The notes under the pieces are model-generated. The model searched no databases and was not told the DNA's origin. It worked only from the letters and a program-made list of their open reading frames with translations. DNA of 64,000 nt from an uncultured Bacteroidales bacterium (lineage in GTDB: Bacteria; Bacteroidota; Bacteroidia; Bacteroidales; Paludibacteraceae). The position numbers and the translations under genes were made by a program. The stretch lies in NCBI GenBank assembly GCA_946411385.1, contig CAMKDV010000008.1, positions 31,492 to 95,491 of the forward strand. The letters run 5' to 3'. Shown here in pieces: positions 35,899 to 45,155 of this stretch (within the stretch, counting starts at the first letter, position 1; each line of letters opens with the position of its first letter).

Positions 35899-35935
35899 CA
35901 CCAGAATTAAAACAAACAACAAAAATACAAACAAA

Positions 35936-37540
35936 ATGAAAGCATTAGATCTTACTCAGTACGGCATCACGGGCGCTACCGTGAAAGCGTACAATCCCTC
36001 CTACGAGGAACTCTTCAAAGAGGAGATGAACCCTGCACTCACCGGCTATGAGAAAGGACAACTCACCGAACTCGGCGCAGTCAACGTAATGACGGGTATC
36101 TACACCGGCCGTTCACCTAAGGACAAATACATCGTCATGGACGAGAACTCCAAGAACACCGTTTGGTGGACCACCGACGAGTACAAGAACGACAACCACC
36201 CCATGTCGGAAGAGGTTTGGGCAAAGATTAAAGACCTCGCTGTGAAAGAACTCTGCAACAAAGAGTTGTACGTAGTGGACGCTTTCTGCGGCGCTAACAA
36301 AGACACCCGCATGAACGTTCGTTTCATCATGGAGGTAGCTTGGCAGGCACACTTCGTTAAGAACATGTTCATCCAGCCCAGCGAGGAAGAGCTCAAAGAT
36401 TTCAAGCCCGACTTCGTTATCTACAATGCTTCCCTCGCAAAGGTTGAGAACTACAGAGAGCTCGGACTCAACAGCGAGACATGCGTTGCTTTCAACACCA
36501 CCAGCCGTGAGCAGGTTATCCTCAACACCTGGTATGGAGGCGAGATGAAAAAAGGTATGTTCTCCATGATGAACTACTATCTGCCGCTCAAGGGTATCGC
36601 TTCGATGCACTGCTCCGCTAACACCGATATGCAAGGCAAGAACACCGCTATCTTCTTTGGTCTCTCCGGTACCGGCAAGACCACCCTTTCTACCGACCCG
36701 AAACGTCTCCTCATCGGTGACGACGAGCACGGATGGGATGACAATGGCGTCTTCAACTTCGAAGGTGGCTGCTATGCCAAGGTTATCAAGCTCGACAAAG
36801 AGTCGGAGCCTGACATCTACAACGCTATCCGCCGCAACGCCCTTCTCGAGAACGTTACCGTGGACGCTGAAGGCAAGATCGACTTCAACGACAAGTCCGT
36901 TACCGAGAACACCCGCGTCAGCTATCCTATCAACCACATCGAGAAGATCGTTCGCCCCGTTTCCGCTGGTCCGGCTGCTGAGAACGTTATCTTCCTCTCC
37001 GCTGACGCCTTCGGCGTTTTGCCTCCTGTATCTATCCTTACTCCCGAGCAGACGAAGTACTACTTCCTCTCCGGCTTTACCGCTAAGCTCGCAGGTACAG
37101 AGCGTGGTATCACCGAGCCTACGCCTACCTTCTCCGCTTGCTTCGGACAGGCTTTCCTGGAGCTCCACCCCACCAAATATGCTGAGGAACTCGTTAAACG
37201 AATGGAGAAATCCGGCGCTAAGGCTTATCTCGTGAACACCGGCTGGAATGGTACGGGCAAACGTATCTCTATCCGCGACACACGTGGTATCATCGACGCT
37301 ATCCTTGGTGGTGCTATCAAGACCGCTCCTACCAAGCATATCCCGTTCTTTGACTTCGAGGTTCCGACCGAACTGCCGGGCGTTGATCCTAACATCCTCG
37401 ATCCGCGCGACACCTACGCTACCCCGGCTGAGTGGGAAGTTAAGGCTAAAGACCTCGCCGGTCGCTTCATCAAGAACTTCGTTAAGTACGAAGGCAATGC
37501 CGCTGGTAAAGCTCTCGTTGCCGCTGGCCCGAAGCTCTAA
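35936..37540 (+). CDS. pckA: Phosphoenolpyruvate carboxykinase (ATP)
   Basis: 534 aa. [13 protein letters not shown] kinase-1a motif, [14 protein letters not shown]. Typical ATP-PEPCK length. Confidence 0.92.
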   Translation: MKALDLTQYGITGATVKAYNPSYEELFKEEMNPALTGYEKGQLTELGAVNVMTGIYTGRSPKDKYIVMDENSKNTVWWTTDEYKNDNHPMSEEVWAKIKDLAVKELCNKELYVVDAFCGANKDTRMNVRFIMEVAWQAHFVKNMFIQPSEEELKDFKPDFVIYNASLAKVENYRELGLNSETCVAFNTTSREQVILNTWYGGEMKKGMFSMMNYYLPLKGIASMHCSANTDMQGKNTAIFFGLSGTGKTTLSTDPKRLLIGDDEHGWDDNGVFNFEGGCYAKVIKLDKESEPDIYNAIRRNALLENVTVDAEGKIDFNDKSVTENTRVSYPINHIEKIVRPVSAGPAAENVIFLSADAFGVLPPVSILTPEQTKYYFLSGFTAKLAGTERGITEPTPTFSACFGQAFLELHPTKYAEELVKRMEKSGAKAYLVNTGWNGTGKRISIRDTRGIIDAILGGAIKTAPTKHIPFFDFEVPTELPGVDPNILDPRDTYATPAEWEVKAKDLAGRFIKNFVKYEGNAAGKALVAAGPKL

Positions 37541-37560
37541 TGTAAGAATCGACTTTTTTC

Positions 37561-37629
37561 ATTTGTCAATTGTAAACCAATCGTCAATCAATTGTCAATT
37601 GTAAATCGTCAATCGTAAATTGTAAATGA
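37561..37629. repeat. 7-nt periodic array (ATTGTCA ATTGTAA ATCGTCA ATCGTAA ATTGTAA) in the pckA-aspS spacer
   Basis: Read directly. Ends 4 nt before the aspS ATG. Confidence 0.7.
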
Positions 37630-37633
37630 CTTT

Positions 37634-39004
37634 ATGATTTCATTACATGAAATAACCACAACAGACACGCTCGCCGGTGCAAAAGCCGGCGACGTGGTTG
37701 CTGTGAATGGCATGATCCACAACGTCCGCGTTACCAAGTGGGGCGGTTTCATCATTCTGCGCAAGGCTAACGGCCTCTTGCAGACGGTGGTGGACAATAG
37801 CGAATCCAAGTTCTTTGACGAAGTTGGCAACGCCATCGCTTTGGCTGACCTCTGCCGCGAGATGGCTGTCACCATCACCGGTAAGGTAGGCGACGCCAAG
37901 ATCAAAGACCCCGCTGTCTATTACAACACCATCGAGCTTGCTGTACAGGAGGTTCACGTTCTCTCACGTCCTACCACCGCTGAGGTAGTCGACATGAATG
38001 CCCTGAAGTTCGGCGACGAAGAGACCCTTCTCCGTTTCAAGTTCGACAACCGACAGGTTACCCTCCGCAACCCGCGCGACATGGGCATCCTCAAGGTGCA
38101 GTCCACCATCGCCAAGGCGTTTGCAGATTTCCTCACGGATAACGGCTTCACGCAGATCTACACCCCGAAGATTGTCTCCGAAGGCGCCGAAGGTGGTGCT
38201 AACGTCTTCAAGATGGATTACTTCGGCAAACAAGTCTACCTCGCTCAGTCGCCGCAGTTCTACAAGCAGATTGGTGTAGGCGTCTACGAGCGCGTCTTCG
38301 AGATCGCTCCCGCCTATCGCGCTGAGAAGCATAACACCAGCCGACACCTCAACGAGTACATCTCACTCGACGTCGAGATGGGCTTTATCCGTGGTCAGGA
38401 AGATGTTATGCAACTCGAAGCACGTCTGCTGCAACACATCATCAAGACCGTCAGCGAGAAATGCGCTCACGAGCTTAACCTCCTTGGCGCTACTCTGCCC
38501 GTCCTACCGCACGAAGTGCCGGCATGGAAACTCTCGGAAGTGCACGAGATTCTCTTCAATAACCACCTCTGCGAAACCGACCACCGCGGCGAGGATGACC
38601 TCGCTCCGGAAGAGGAACGCGCTATATGCAAGTACGCATTGGAGACCTACGGCTCGGATTTCGTCTTCGTGACCCATTTCCCGAGCGAGCACCGTGCTTT
38701 CTATGCAATGGACGATCCGGAAGATCCTACTCTGACATTGAGCTTCGACCTCCTGATGCGCGGATTGGAGATTACCTCCGGAGGTCAGCGTATACACAAG
38801 GAGCAAGACTACCGCGACAAGATGATCAAGCGTGGCATGAATCCTGATAATTTCCGCTTCTACCTCGATACCTTCAAAAACGGCATGCCGCCGCACGGAG
38901 GTTTCGCTATCGGTCTGGAGCGCATCACGGCTTGCTTCCTCGGCATCAACAACGTCAAGGAATGCTCCATGTTCCCGCGTGACATCAACCGCGTCGCTCC
39001 CTAA
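37634..39004 (+). CDS. aspS: Aspartate--tRNA ligase, archaeal/eukaryotic type (class IIb, possibly non-discriminating)
   Basis: 456 aa. N-terminal OB fold, motif 2 FRAEKHNTSRHLNEY, motif 3 and C-terminus PPHGGFAIGLERI...MFPRDINRVAP. The size is far below the roughly 590-aa bacterial type. Confidence 0.75.
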   Translation: MISLHEITTTDTLAGAKAGDVVAVNGMIHNVRVTKWGGFIILRKANGLLQTVVDNSESKFFDEVGNAIALADLCREMAVTITGKVGDAKIKDPAVYYNTIELAVQEVHVLSRPTTAEVVDMNALKFGDEETLLRFKFDNRQVTLRNPRDMGILKVQSTIAKAFADFLTDNGFTQIYTPKIVSEGAEGGANVFKMDYFGKQVYLAQSPQFYKQIGVGVYERVFEIAPAYRAEKHNTSRHLNEYISLDVEMGFIRGQEDVMQLEARLLQHIIKTVSEKCAHELNLLGATLPVLPHEVPAWKLSEVHEILFNNHLCETDHRGEDDLAPEEERAICKYALETYGSDFVFVTHFPSEHRAFYAMDDPEDPTLTLSFDLLMRGLEITSGGQRIHKEQDYRDKMIKRGMNPDNFRFYLDTFKNGMPPHGGFAIGLERITACFLGINNVKECSMFPRDINRVAP

Positions 39005-39007
39005 AAA

Positions 39008-39075
39008 AATGACAAATGACAAATGACAAATGACAAATATCAATTGTAAATTGTAAATTGTTAAATTGTCAATAA
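39008..39075. repeat. 7-nt periodic array (AATGACA x4, ATTGTAA x2-3, variants) 3' of aspS
   Basis: Read directly. Lies between the aspS stop and the terminator hairpin. Confidence 0.75.
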
Positions 39076-39076
39076 T

Positions 39077-39100
39077 AAAGCCGCTCTCCCGAGCGGCTTT
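39077..39100. terminator. Bidirectional terminator between convergent aspS and the 408-aa gene
   Basis: AAAGCCGCTC-tccc-GAGCGGCTTT, perfect 10-bp stem with A/T-rich flanks. Confidence 0.7.
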
Positions 39101-39105
39101 ATTGT

Positions 39106-40332
39106 TTACTTACCTGAAGAATTGTAGTTCGATCCTACGGCACCTGCAGCGGCTTTGTTCAGCACACTGGCCGGGCCTTTCAGCGTCGTGGCTACCCATT
39201 GCTTAGCCTGCTTGTCCCACTGCTGGTTGGTGAAGATCTGCAGAATTTCCTGTTCTGCCTTCGACATCTTGCCGGTCATCTTCTTACGTTTCTTGAAGTC
39301 CTTCCTCCAGTTCTTTTTGAACTCGTCGGATACACCGCACACCTCTACAATCTCCACTTCCATCTTGTATTGGCCTGTACCCCAACTCTCCATGTACTTG
39401 CCATCCTCATCACGCAACGGCATGTACGAACGCGGTACAATAAAGCTCTCGCCTATCAGACCGTACTTCGGAGCCTCACCTTCCTTGCGGATATAACGGA
39501 ACATGTTGTTCTCGTCCAGCGAAGCGGAGTCAACAGGTACGTTCAGCATGAACTCACCCAGTATCTGATCCTTGTGCAGGTCAGGCAACTGGTCCATCCA
39601 TGACGAGATCATTCGCATCTTCATCGTGAAGTCAAACGACTTACGGTCAGCATAAGTAAACAGTAACGGCAGGTCCGTGTTAGGCAGACCGGCTTTGTAA
39701 GGGTTGATCATGAACGTATCCATGACCAACTCAAACTTCGAGTGGCGAACAATACGGTCGATCTTCTTGCGGTTGATGTGGCAGCTGATGTAGAACGTGG
39801 TGTCCTCACCTTCCATAGCCAAGCAACCGATACCATTGAATCGCATTCCTTTCGGGTCCATCGGACCGTATTGCGACATACAGTTGTAGAAGTCGTTCAG
39901 GTCGGCTATCGTACCCATCGTGATGATGAGCTCGCTCTCCTCTTTCACCATCTCTTGCCATTCCTTGCGGTTCTGGGCATCCAGCTGGATAAGTTTGGTG
40001 ATAGCGGTAATACCCAACTCAATCAAGGTGGATATATAACCCGTAGCGGCACCTGTAGCGGCACTCAGACCTGCGCTCAGCAGATCGGCACCCAGACCAC
40101 GGCTCAACGCCTCGCGGTCTGCAGACACTTGACGCTCGATCTCGTCCGAGAGATCTTCGCTCGTGTAGACGAAAGTTTGGTACTTCGCCAGTTTGTTACT
40201 TTTTCTCTTCGGGCTGTGGTCTACTTTCTTTTCGGAGTCACCATTGCCTCCACCGCCACCCCGCGGAGATTGACCCATCGTGGGCATCAGCACTGCCAGC
40301 AAAAGGCATAGAATTGTGAATGTCTTTTTCAT
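39106..40332 (-). CDS. Exported hypothetical protein (Gly-rich, Lys-rich termini), downstream of TPR-CHAT
   Basis: 408 aa. Signal peptide MKKTFTILCLLLAVLMPTMGQ, then GGGGGNGDSEKK. Hydrophobic/Gly-rich stretch LLSAGLSAATGAATGYISTLIELGITAIT. Basic C-terminal region. No family recognised. Confidence 0.6.
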   Translation of the reverse strand: MKKTFTILCLLLAVLMPTMGQSPRGGGGGNGDSEKKVDHSPKRKSNKLAKYQTFVYTSEDLSDEIERQVSADREALSRGLGADLLSAGLSAATGAATGYISTLIELGITAITKLIQLDAQNRKEWQEMVKEESELIITMGTIADLNDFYNCMSQYGPMDPKGMRFNGIGCLAMEGEDTTFYISCHINRKKIDRIVRHSKFELVMDTFMINPYKAGLPNTDLPLLFTYADRKSFDFTMKMRMISSWMDQLPDLHKDQILGEFMLNVPVDSASLDENNMFRYIRKEGEAPKYGLIGESFIVPRSYMPLRDEDGKYMESWGTGQYKMEVEIVEVCGVSDEFKKNWRKDFKKRKKMTGKMSKAEQEILQIFTNQQWDKQAKQWVATTLKGPASVLNKAAAGAVGSNYNSSGK

Positions 40333-40480
40333 ATTCGTTACGTTTTTGTGTTAATAATATCTTCTATATTTGCCTTCGGAATTTATTTTGAACAGATTGG
40401 TGATTTCTCGTGAGGGAGTTATGTGGGTCATAATGACCGAACGAAAATCGCCAAGATGCCAAAATAAATCCGAAGGAGCG

Positions 40481-43400
40481 TTATTCCAATGCATCAAGCA
40501 GGATAAATGCTGCCCAGTACCGCGGTGCCGCATAGGGCATCTTAGGCGTATTGTCCTGAGTCATGTTCGTCGAATTTTGGCCTCCGTTTTGACGGAGGAA
40601 CTTCAGCGGTCTGGCTGAACGGTCCAGACTCTCCACCTCGGTCATATATGCTTCCTCTTCGGCTATGGCGCGTTGCGCTTGCTCCGTACGTCCCGTGAAC
40701 GTGCGTACCTGCTGCTGCGCGTCACGTAGCGCCTGTTGTTTCGTCTTGCCTGCCAGCAGTCCCGAGTAGAACGAAGTCATCAGTATACGTGTTGCCTCGT
40801 CGTTCACATCCCACAAACTCATCATCATTGTTTGTACGCCGGCTTTCTTTAGTCCGCGCTGCAGACCAGCCACGCCGTCTGCCTCTATATCGCCCATACC
40901 TGTCTGGCAAGCTGATAGCACGGCTATTTCTGTTGTATGCAGGTCAGTCAGCATAATCTCACGGGCTGTCAATACGCCATCGGCGTGTTGACCTACAGCC
41001 TTGCCTGTCCACGCGTTCTCCGCGCCGCACATCAGCAGACCTGTCCTACTGAGCGAATTGTCCGCCACCTCGCTGTTCGCTCCTATCTGTATGAATCCGG
41101 CACTACGGCTCTGGCTCTGTACCAGTTCCTGTGCCCGCTCGCCTTGGATGTAGAAGCCGTGAGTGGCTATATGTAAGTGCCTCGGCGAGTGACCCGACAA
41201 GGCATAGAACGCCTCTTCCGTACCCTGCTCGCCGATATACGTCTGCGCATTGGGGTACAACGCCGCTATGTCCTGTACCTCACGCAGCGTAGCCGGCAGG
41301 TATTGGAACATCTCGCCTTTCGTATTGTTCAATCCGTACAGCAGTCCTCCGAATAGGGTTATATCCGACCCTTGAGGCTTGCTCTTCGGCTGGCAAAGCA
41401 ATCGAGTGGATGACAAACGGTACATCTTGTAGGTATCGTTCATCAGGTGTCCGTCAGCGGTAAGGTACTCTATACCCATCTGGTACATGAATCCGTCCGG
41501 CGAGAAATAGATCCTCTCACCTTCCGTAGCATTGGCTGTCAGCAGCACATTATGCCAGATGGCATTGCCTAACTCCTCATATTCGTAAGCCCTATAGCGC
41601 TTGTCTATATATTCCTGGAAGTCTTGTTGCTTTCCTATCAGCACACCCTTTGGCATCGCCCATCCTTTGCGCAGCACCAGTGCCACATAGCGTGCATCGG
41701 CGCCCTTGCCCTCTTTGGCAAACTCCACGGCTATATCGTGCTCACCCAGTTGTTTCTGTACGTCACGCCAATGGTAAGTCAAGCTACGCGTCAGGTCGCC
41801 GTAAGCCTGTGAGCGCGATAGCAAGTTCTGTTCCAAAGCCTCAGCCTGACGGTTCAATTCCTCTATCTGCGGTCGGTCTTGTTCGCCGGCAGGCTGTGCA
41901 TATAGTTCGTCCAGCGCCAGGCGTATCGTACGCAGGTCGGCAAAGCATTGTTGTATCTGCGGATCTTTCGCCTCATGCATGATGCGTTCCAACTCCACGG
42001 CAGACGACAGCAGCAGTCCTTTCGTCAGCAGCTGCTTGTCATATTGCATATCTTCGGGGCAACCCGATGCTATTATTCCTTCCAGTAGCGAAGCCCTCTG
42101 CTGTACGTACATCTGCCGCTGCTGCTCGGTCAGCCAAGTGAAATTAGCCTTCACGTCGCGCAACATCCAGTTCAAGCACTGCTGCTTCGTGGCCACATAG
42201 TGTGCCCGGTCGCCCATTGCAGCGTAGCAGGTAGCTATATTGTTGATCGTTAGGATGTAGTCAGGATGTTTCTCCCCGAGCACGCTCTTGCGTATCTGTG
42301 CTGCCTGCTGCAATGAATTCAAAGCCTCCTCAAAATCCAGACGGCGGTAGTGGCAGTCGGCTATATTGTTCAGCGTGGTGGCAAGTGCAATATGGTTGTT
42401 GCCCAGCACGGCACGCTGTATGGCCAGCGCCTGCTCATTTGCCTGCAAGGCTTCATCCGTACGGTTCATCACCGCATAGCACGCAGCCTCGTTCACCAGA
42501 GCCGCAGCGTAGGCCTCACTCTGTTCCCCGTCGCGCTCGCGCACACGTGCAGCCGCGCGCTCGCTCATTTTTAATGCTTGCGCATAGTTGCCCTGACGGA
42601 AATAGGTCGTGGCTATGTTCGCCATCACCTTGGTGTTGTCTGGCTGCGCACGCAGCACTTTCTCTTGCAATGCCAGCGAACGCGCATAGTCGCCTATGCG
42701 GGCGTAGCAGACCGACAGGTTGTTCAGCACCGCTGCATTCTCGGGCTCGGTCAGCAGAATGTTGCTGTACAGTCGGATAGCCTGCTCATAGTTGCCGCTC
42801 ATGCTGTGGCAACTTGCCATCTCGGCTTCTATCTGTGTGCGCGGAGCATCCTCGCCAAACTGCGTTTGTATCTGTTGCAGCATCTTCAAGGCATCGCCGT
42901 ACTCACCCTGACGCTTCAGCGTGCGCGCCTCTTCCAGCCGGCATGCGGCAATGTTGTGGAATGCTGTATGTCTATCCTCAGCATATATCAGTCCCAGTGT
43001 ATCGGCCTTGATGGCTTGTTTGGCTATCATCAGCGCACTATCGCATTGCCCGCGATGGTAAGCGCTTGTGGCTGCAGTGAACAGGTCTTGTGCCATCGTG
43101 GCGCTGGCCTCGCGCACAATGGTGTGTTTCGTTATTTCTACGCGTTCCTCTACCGGCATGTTGATCTTGCTCTCGAGGTACGTGCGGTTATTCTTTAGTT
43201 GAGCTATCTTCGCCTCTTCCGTTGGCAGCGTTGCAGCCAGCGCAAGGGCGTTATCGGTAGTGGTTAAGGCTTCCTCGTACTGTCCGGCTCCGGACTGTGC
43301 GGTGGCTAAGGTCATGTATAGCGCGAGCAGTTCGTCATTCTCCGCTATCTGTTTCTGGAGGTCTACAGCTTGCTTTAATGCCTCGGCAGAACTGTCGAAC

Positions 43401-43555
43401 AGACCTCCGTTATATGCCTGCATGGCTGCTTCGTATAGCGAGTCTATACGGCCATACAGTGCATCTTCCTGTTCCGGAGTAAGAGCACACAGCGGTGCCG
43501 CCCACATTACTGCGAGCAGCACCGTTGTCAGTATGTTCAGAATCCGTTTTGGCAT
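40481..43555 (-). CDS. Signal-peptide-bearing TPR-repeat CHAT-domain (caspase-fold) protease
   Basis: 1024 aa. N-terminal MPKRILNILTTVLLAVMWAAPLCA. About 450 aa of TPR-like repeats (repeated A..Y/C....G.Y..A). C-terminal CHAT domain with His in LHIATHGF (codon 41159-41161) and Cys in VLSACQTG (codon 40907-40909), ending PRYWAAFILLDA. Confidence 0.8.
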   Translation of the reverse strand: MPKRILNILTTVLLAVMWAAPLCALTPEQEDALYGRIDSLYEAAMQAYNGGLFDSSAEALKQAVDLQKQIAENDELLALYMTLATAQSGAGQYEEALTTTDNALALAATLPTEEAKIAQLKNNRTYLESKINMPVEERVEITKHTIVREASATMAQDLFTAATSAYHRGQCDSALMIAKQAIKADTLGLIYAEDRHTAFHNIAACRLEEARTLKRQGEYGDALKMLQQIQTQFGEDAPRTQIEAEMASCHSMSGNYEQAIRLYSNILLTEPENAAVLNNLSVCYARIGDYARSLALQEKVLRAQPDNTKVMANIATTYFRQGNYAQALKMSERAAARVRERDGEQSEAYAAALVNEAACYAVMNRTDEALQANEQALAIQRAVLGNNHIALATTLNNIADCHYRRLDFEEALNSLQQAAQIRKSVLGEKHPDYILTINNIATCYAAMGDRAHYVATKQQCLNWMLRDVKANFTWLTEQQRQMYVQQRASLLEGIIASGCPEDMQYDKQLLTKGLLLSSAVELERIMHEAKDPQIQQCFADLRTIRLALDELYAQPAGEQDRPQIEELNRQAEALEQNLLSRSQAYGDLTRSLTYHWRDVQKQLGEHDIAVEFAKEGKGADARYVALVLRKGWAMPKGVLIGKQQDFQEYIDKRYRAYEYEELGNAIWHNVLLTANATEGERIYFSPDGFMYQMGIEYLTADGHLMNDTYKMYRLSSTRLLCQPKSKPQGSDITLFGGLLYGLNNTKGEMFQYLPATLREVQDIAALYPNAQTYIGEQGTEEAFYALSGHSPRHLHIATHGFYIQGERAQELVQSQSRSAGFIQIGANSEVADNSLSRTGLLMCGAENAWTGKAVGQHADGVLTAREIMLTDLHTTEIAVLSACQTGMGDIEADGVAGLQRGLKKAGVQTMMMSLWDVNDEATRILMTSFYSGLLAGKTKQQALRDAQQQVRTFTGRTEQAQRAIAEEEAYMTEVESLDRSARPLKFLRQNGGQNSTNMTQDNTPKMPYAAPRYWAAFILLDALE

Positions 43556-43571
43556 CAGTATAAGTTATTCG

Positions 43572-43626
43572 ACTTTCAACATTTAACTATCGAACTTCTT
43601 TCACCTTTCAACTTTCACCTTTCAAC
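43572..43626. repeat. 7-nt periodic purine-rich array in minus-strand sense (AAGTTGA AAGGTGA AAGTTGA AAGGTGA AAGAAGT ...) upstream of TPR-CHAT
   Basis: Read directly. Fills the spacer between the CoA-transferase stop (43627) and the CHAT gene start (43555). Confidence 0.75.
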
Positions 43627-45123
43627 TTATCTGAGGTAATTCTCCCACTTCGTGTTACGCATATCGCCGCTCTTCATGAACTCCTCATGCATAGCGAACG
43701 CCAGCGACAGGTTATGCTGCGTCTGACCGTGTTTTGCAAATTTGAGGTAGTCACGCAGCATCTCTCTGTACTCCGGAGCAACGCAGTTGTTGATGATCTC
43801 CTCGGCACGCTGACGCGGACTCTTGCCACGCAAGTCGGCTACACCCTGTTCGGTTACAATCACTTTTACCGAGTGCTCCGAGTGATCCATGTGCGTTACC
43901 ATCGGCACGATCGACGATATAGCGCCGTTCTTGGCCGTCGAGGCGGTAGTGAAGATGCTCAGATATGCGTTTCGTGCAAAGTCGCCCGAACCGCCTATAC
44001 CGTTCATCATCTTTACGCCCGTCACGTGCGTCGAGTTCACGTTGCCGTAGATATCTGCCTCCAGCGCCGTGTTGATAGCTATCAGACCAAGTCGGCGGAT
44101 GATCTCCGGATTATTCGACGTCTCTTGCGGACGGAGCAGCAGCTTGTCGCGATAGAAATCCAGGTCAGCCAGCACTTCCGCCATCTTGCTCTCCACCAGT
44201 CGCAGCGAGCAGCCCGAAGCGAACTTGCAATGACCGGCCTTTATCAGGTCTATCACGCTGTCCTGAACAACTTCCGAGTACATTTCAAACGGCGGGATAT
44301 GCGGGTTCTTGCCCAACTCGCCCAATACTGCGTTCGCCACGTTACCTACACCCGACTGAATAGGCAAGAACGATGCAGGTATCCTACCGGCTTTCAGTTC
44401 AGCCTCCAGGAACGCCGCTACGTTGGCGCCGATCTTGGCAGTCGTCTCATCCACCGGCGTGAAGGCGGGAATCTCGTTCGGACGGTTCGTCTTCACTACT
44501 GCGGCAATCTTCTTGGGATCTACCTTCAGATGGTCGCTTCCGCAACGGTCGGAGGGTTTGTAGATAGGTATCTCTTTGCGGTAAGGAGGATCAAGCGGTT
44601 CGTACAAGTCGTGCATGCCGCGCATCGATGCGGGGAACATCTCGTTGAGCTCGATGATGATCTTGTCTGCCATGTTACAGATTGTAGGCATGATGCCTAT
44701 ACCTGCGGCAGGCACGATCGTACCGTCCTCGCCTACATACGATGCCTCGATAACCGCCCATTTGGGTTTCGGTAGGAATCCGTAACGCAAGTCTTGAGCC
44801 ATGTGGCTGAGGTGCATGTCAAAGTAGTGTGTACCTTCGGCATTGATCTCCTCGCGCATCGACTTGTTCGACTGGTACGGCGTACGGAACTCCACGGCAT
44901 GGGCTCGTGCCAACGCACCGTCACAGCTGTCACCCATCGACGCACCGGTCTCCAAACCTACGCGGAAAGGTTTGCCCTCTGCGTGCAGCTTCTCAGCCCG
45001 TTGCGCCAAGGCGAACGGCACCGACTTGGGCACACCGGTGGCGGTAAAACCACCCATACCCAAGACGTCACCATTCTGTATCAATTCAGCAGCCTGTTCG
45101 GCTGTCATGAAAGGAAGTGCCAT
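43627..45123 (-). CDS. Acetyl-CoA hydrolase/transferase-family enzyme (succinyl-CoA:acetate / propionyl-CoA:succinate CoA-transferase type)
   Basis: 498 aa. MTAEQAAELIQNGDVLGMGGFT N-terminus and MMNGIGGSGDFARNA block typical of the family. Confidence 0.8.
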   Translation of the reverse strand: MALPFMTAEQAAELIQNGDVLGMGGFTATGVPKSVPFALAQRAEKLHAEGKPFRVGLETGASMGDSCDGALARAHAVEFRTPYQSNKSMREEINAEGTHYFDMHLSHMAQDLRYGFLPKPKWAVIEASYVGEDGTIVPAAGIGIMPTICNMADKIIIELNEMFPASMRGMHDLYEPLDPPYRKEIPIYKPSDRCGSDHLKVDPKKIAAVVKTNRPNEIPAFTPVDETTAKIGANVAAFLEAELKAGRIPASFLPIQSGVGNVANAVLGELGKNPHIPPFEMYSEVVQDSVIDLIKAGHCKFASGCSLRLVESKMAEVLADLDFYRDKLLLRPQETSNNPEIIRRLGLIAINTALEADIYGNVNSTHVTGVKMMNGIGGSGDFARNAYLSIFTTASTAKNGAISSIVPMVTHMDHSEHSVKVIVTEQGVADLRGKSPRQRAEEIINNCVAPEYREMLRDYLKFAKHGQTQHNLSLAFAMHEEFMKSGDMRNTKWENYLR

Positions 45124-45155
45124 TTAATTCGTAATTTTTAATTTTTAATTTCGAA
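45124..45155. repeat. 7-nt periodic A/T array (TAATTCG TAATTTT TAATTTT TAATTTC) in the fba / CoA-transferase spacer
   Basis: Read directly. Its ends also form a 7-bp inverted repeat: TAATTCG inside the array and CGAATTA at 45152-45158, which extends 3 nt past this feature into the fba stop codon. Confidence 0.65.

Noticed and set aside
35661-35934. Three minus-strand ORFs (35661-35852, 35746-35934 and the N-terminal part of 34949-35824) with repetitive peptides such as PRLVDAFF / SPKIGRCFF.
   Set aside because: They are translations of the 7-copy hairpin plus A-tract array in different frames. They have no start context and no non-repeat sequence.
39106-40332. Bacterial gasdermin-like pore former next to a CHAT protease.
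   Set aside because: The protein has a classical signal peptide, is about 408 aa (bacterial gasdermins are much shorter), lies downstream rather than upstream of the protease, and shows no N-terminal Cys/gasdermin features I can recognise. It is retained only as an unknown partner.
40351-40618. 60-aa and 82-aa ORFs in and around the CHAT / 408-aa spacer.
   Set aside because: They overlap the 3' end of the CHAT gene, have no signal or motif, and are most likely spurious.
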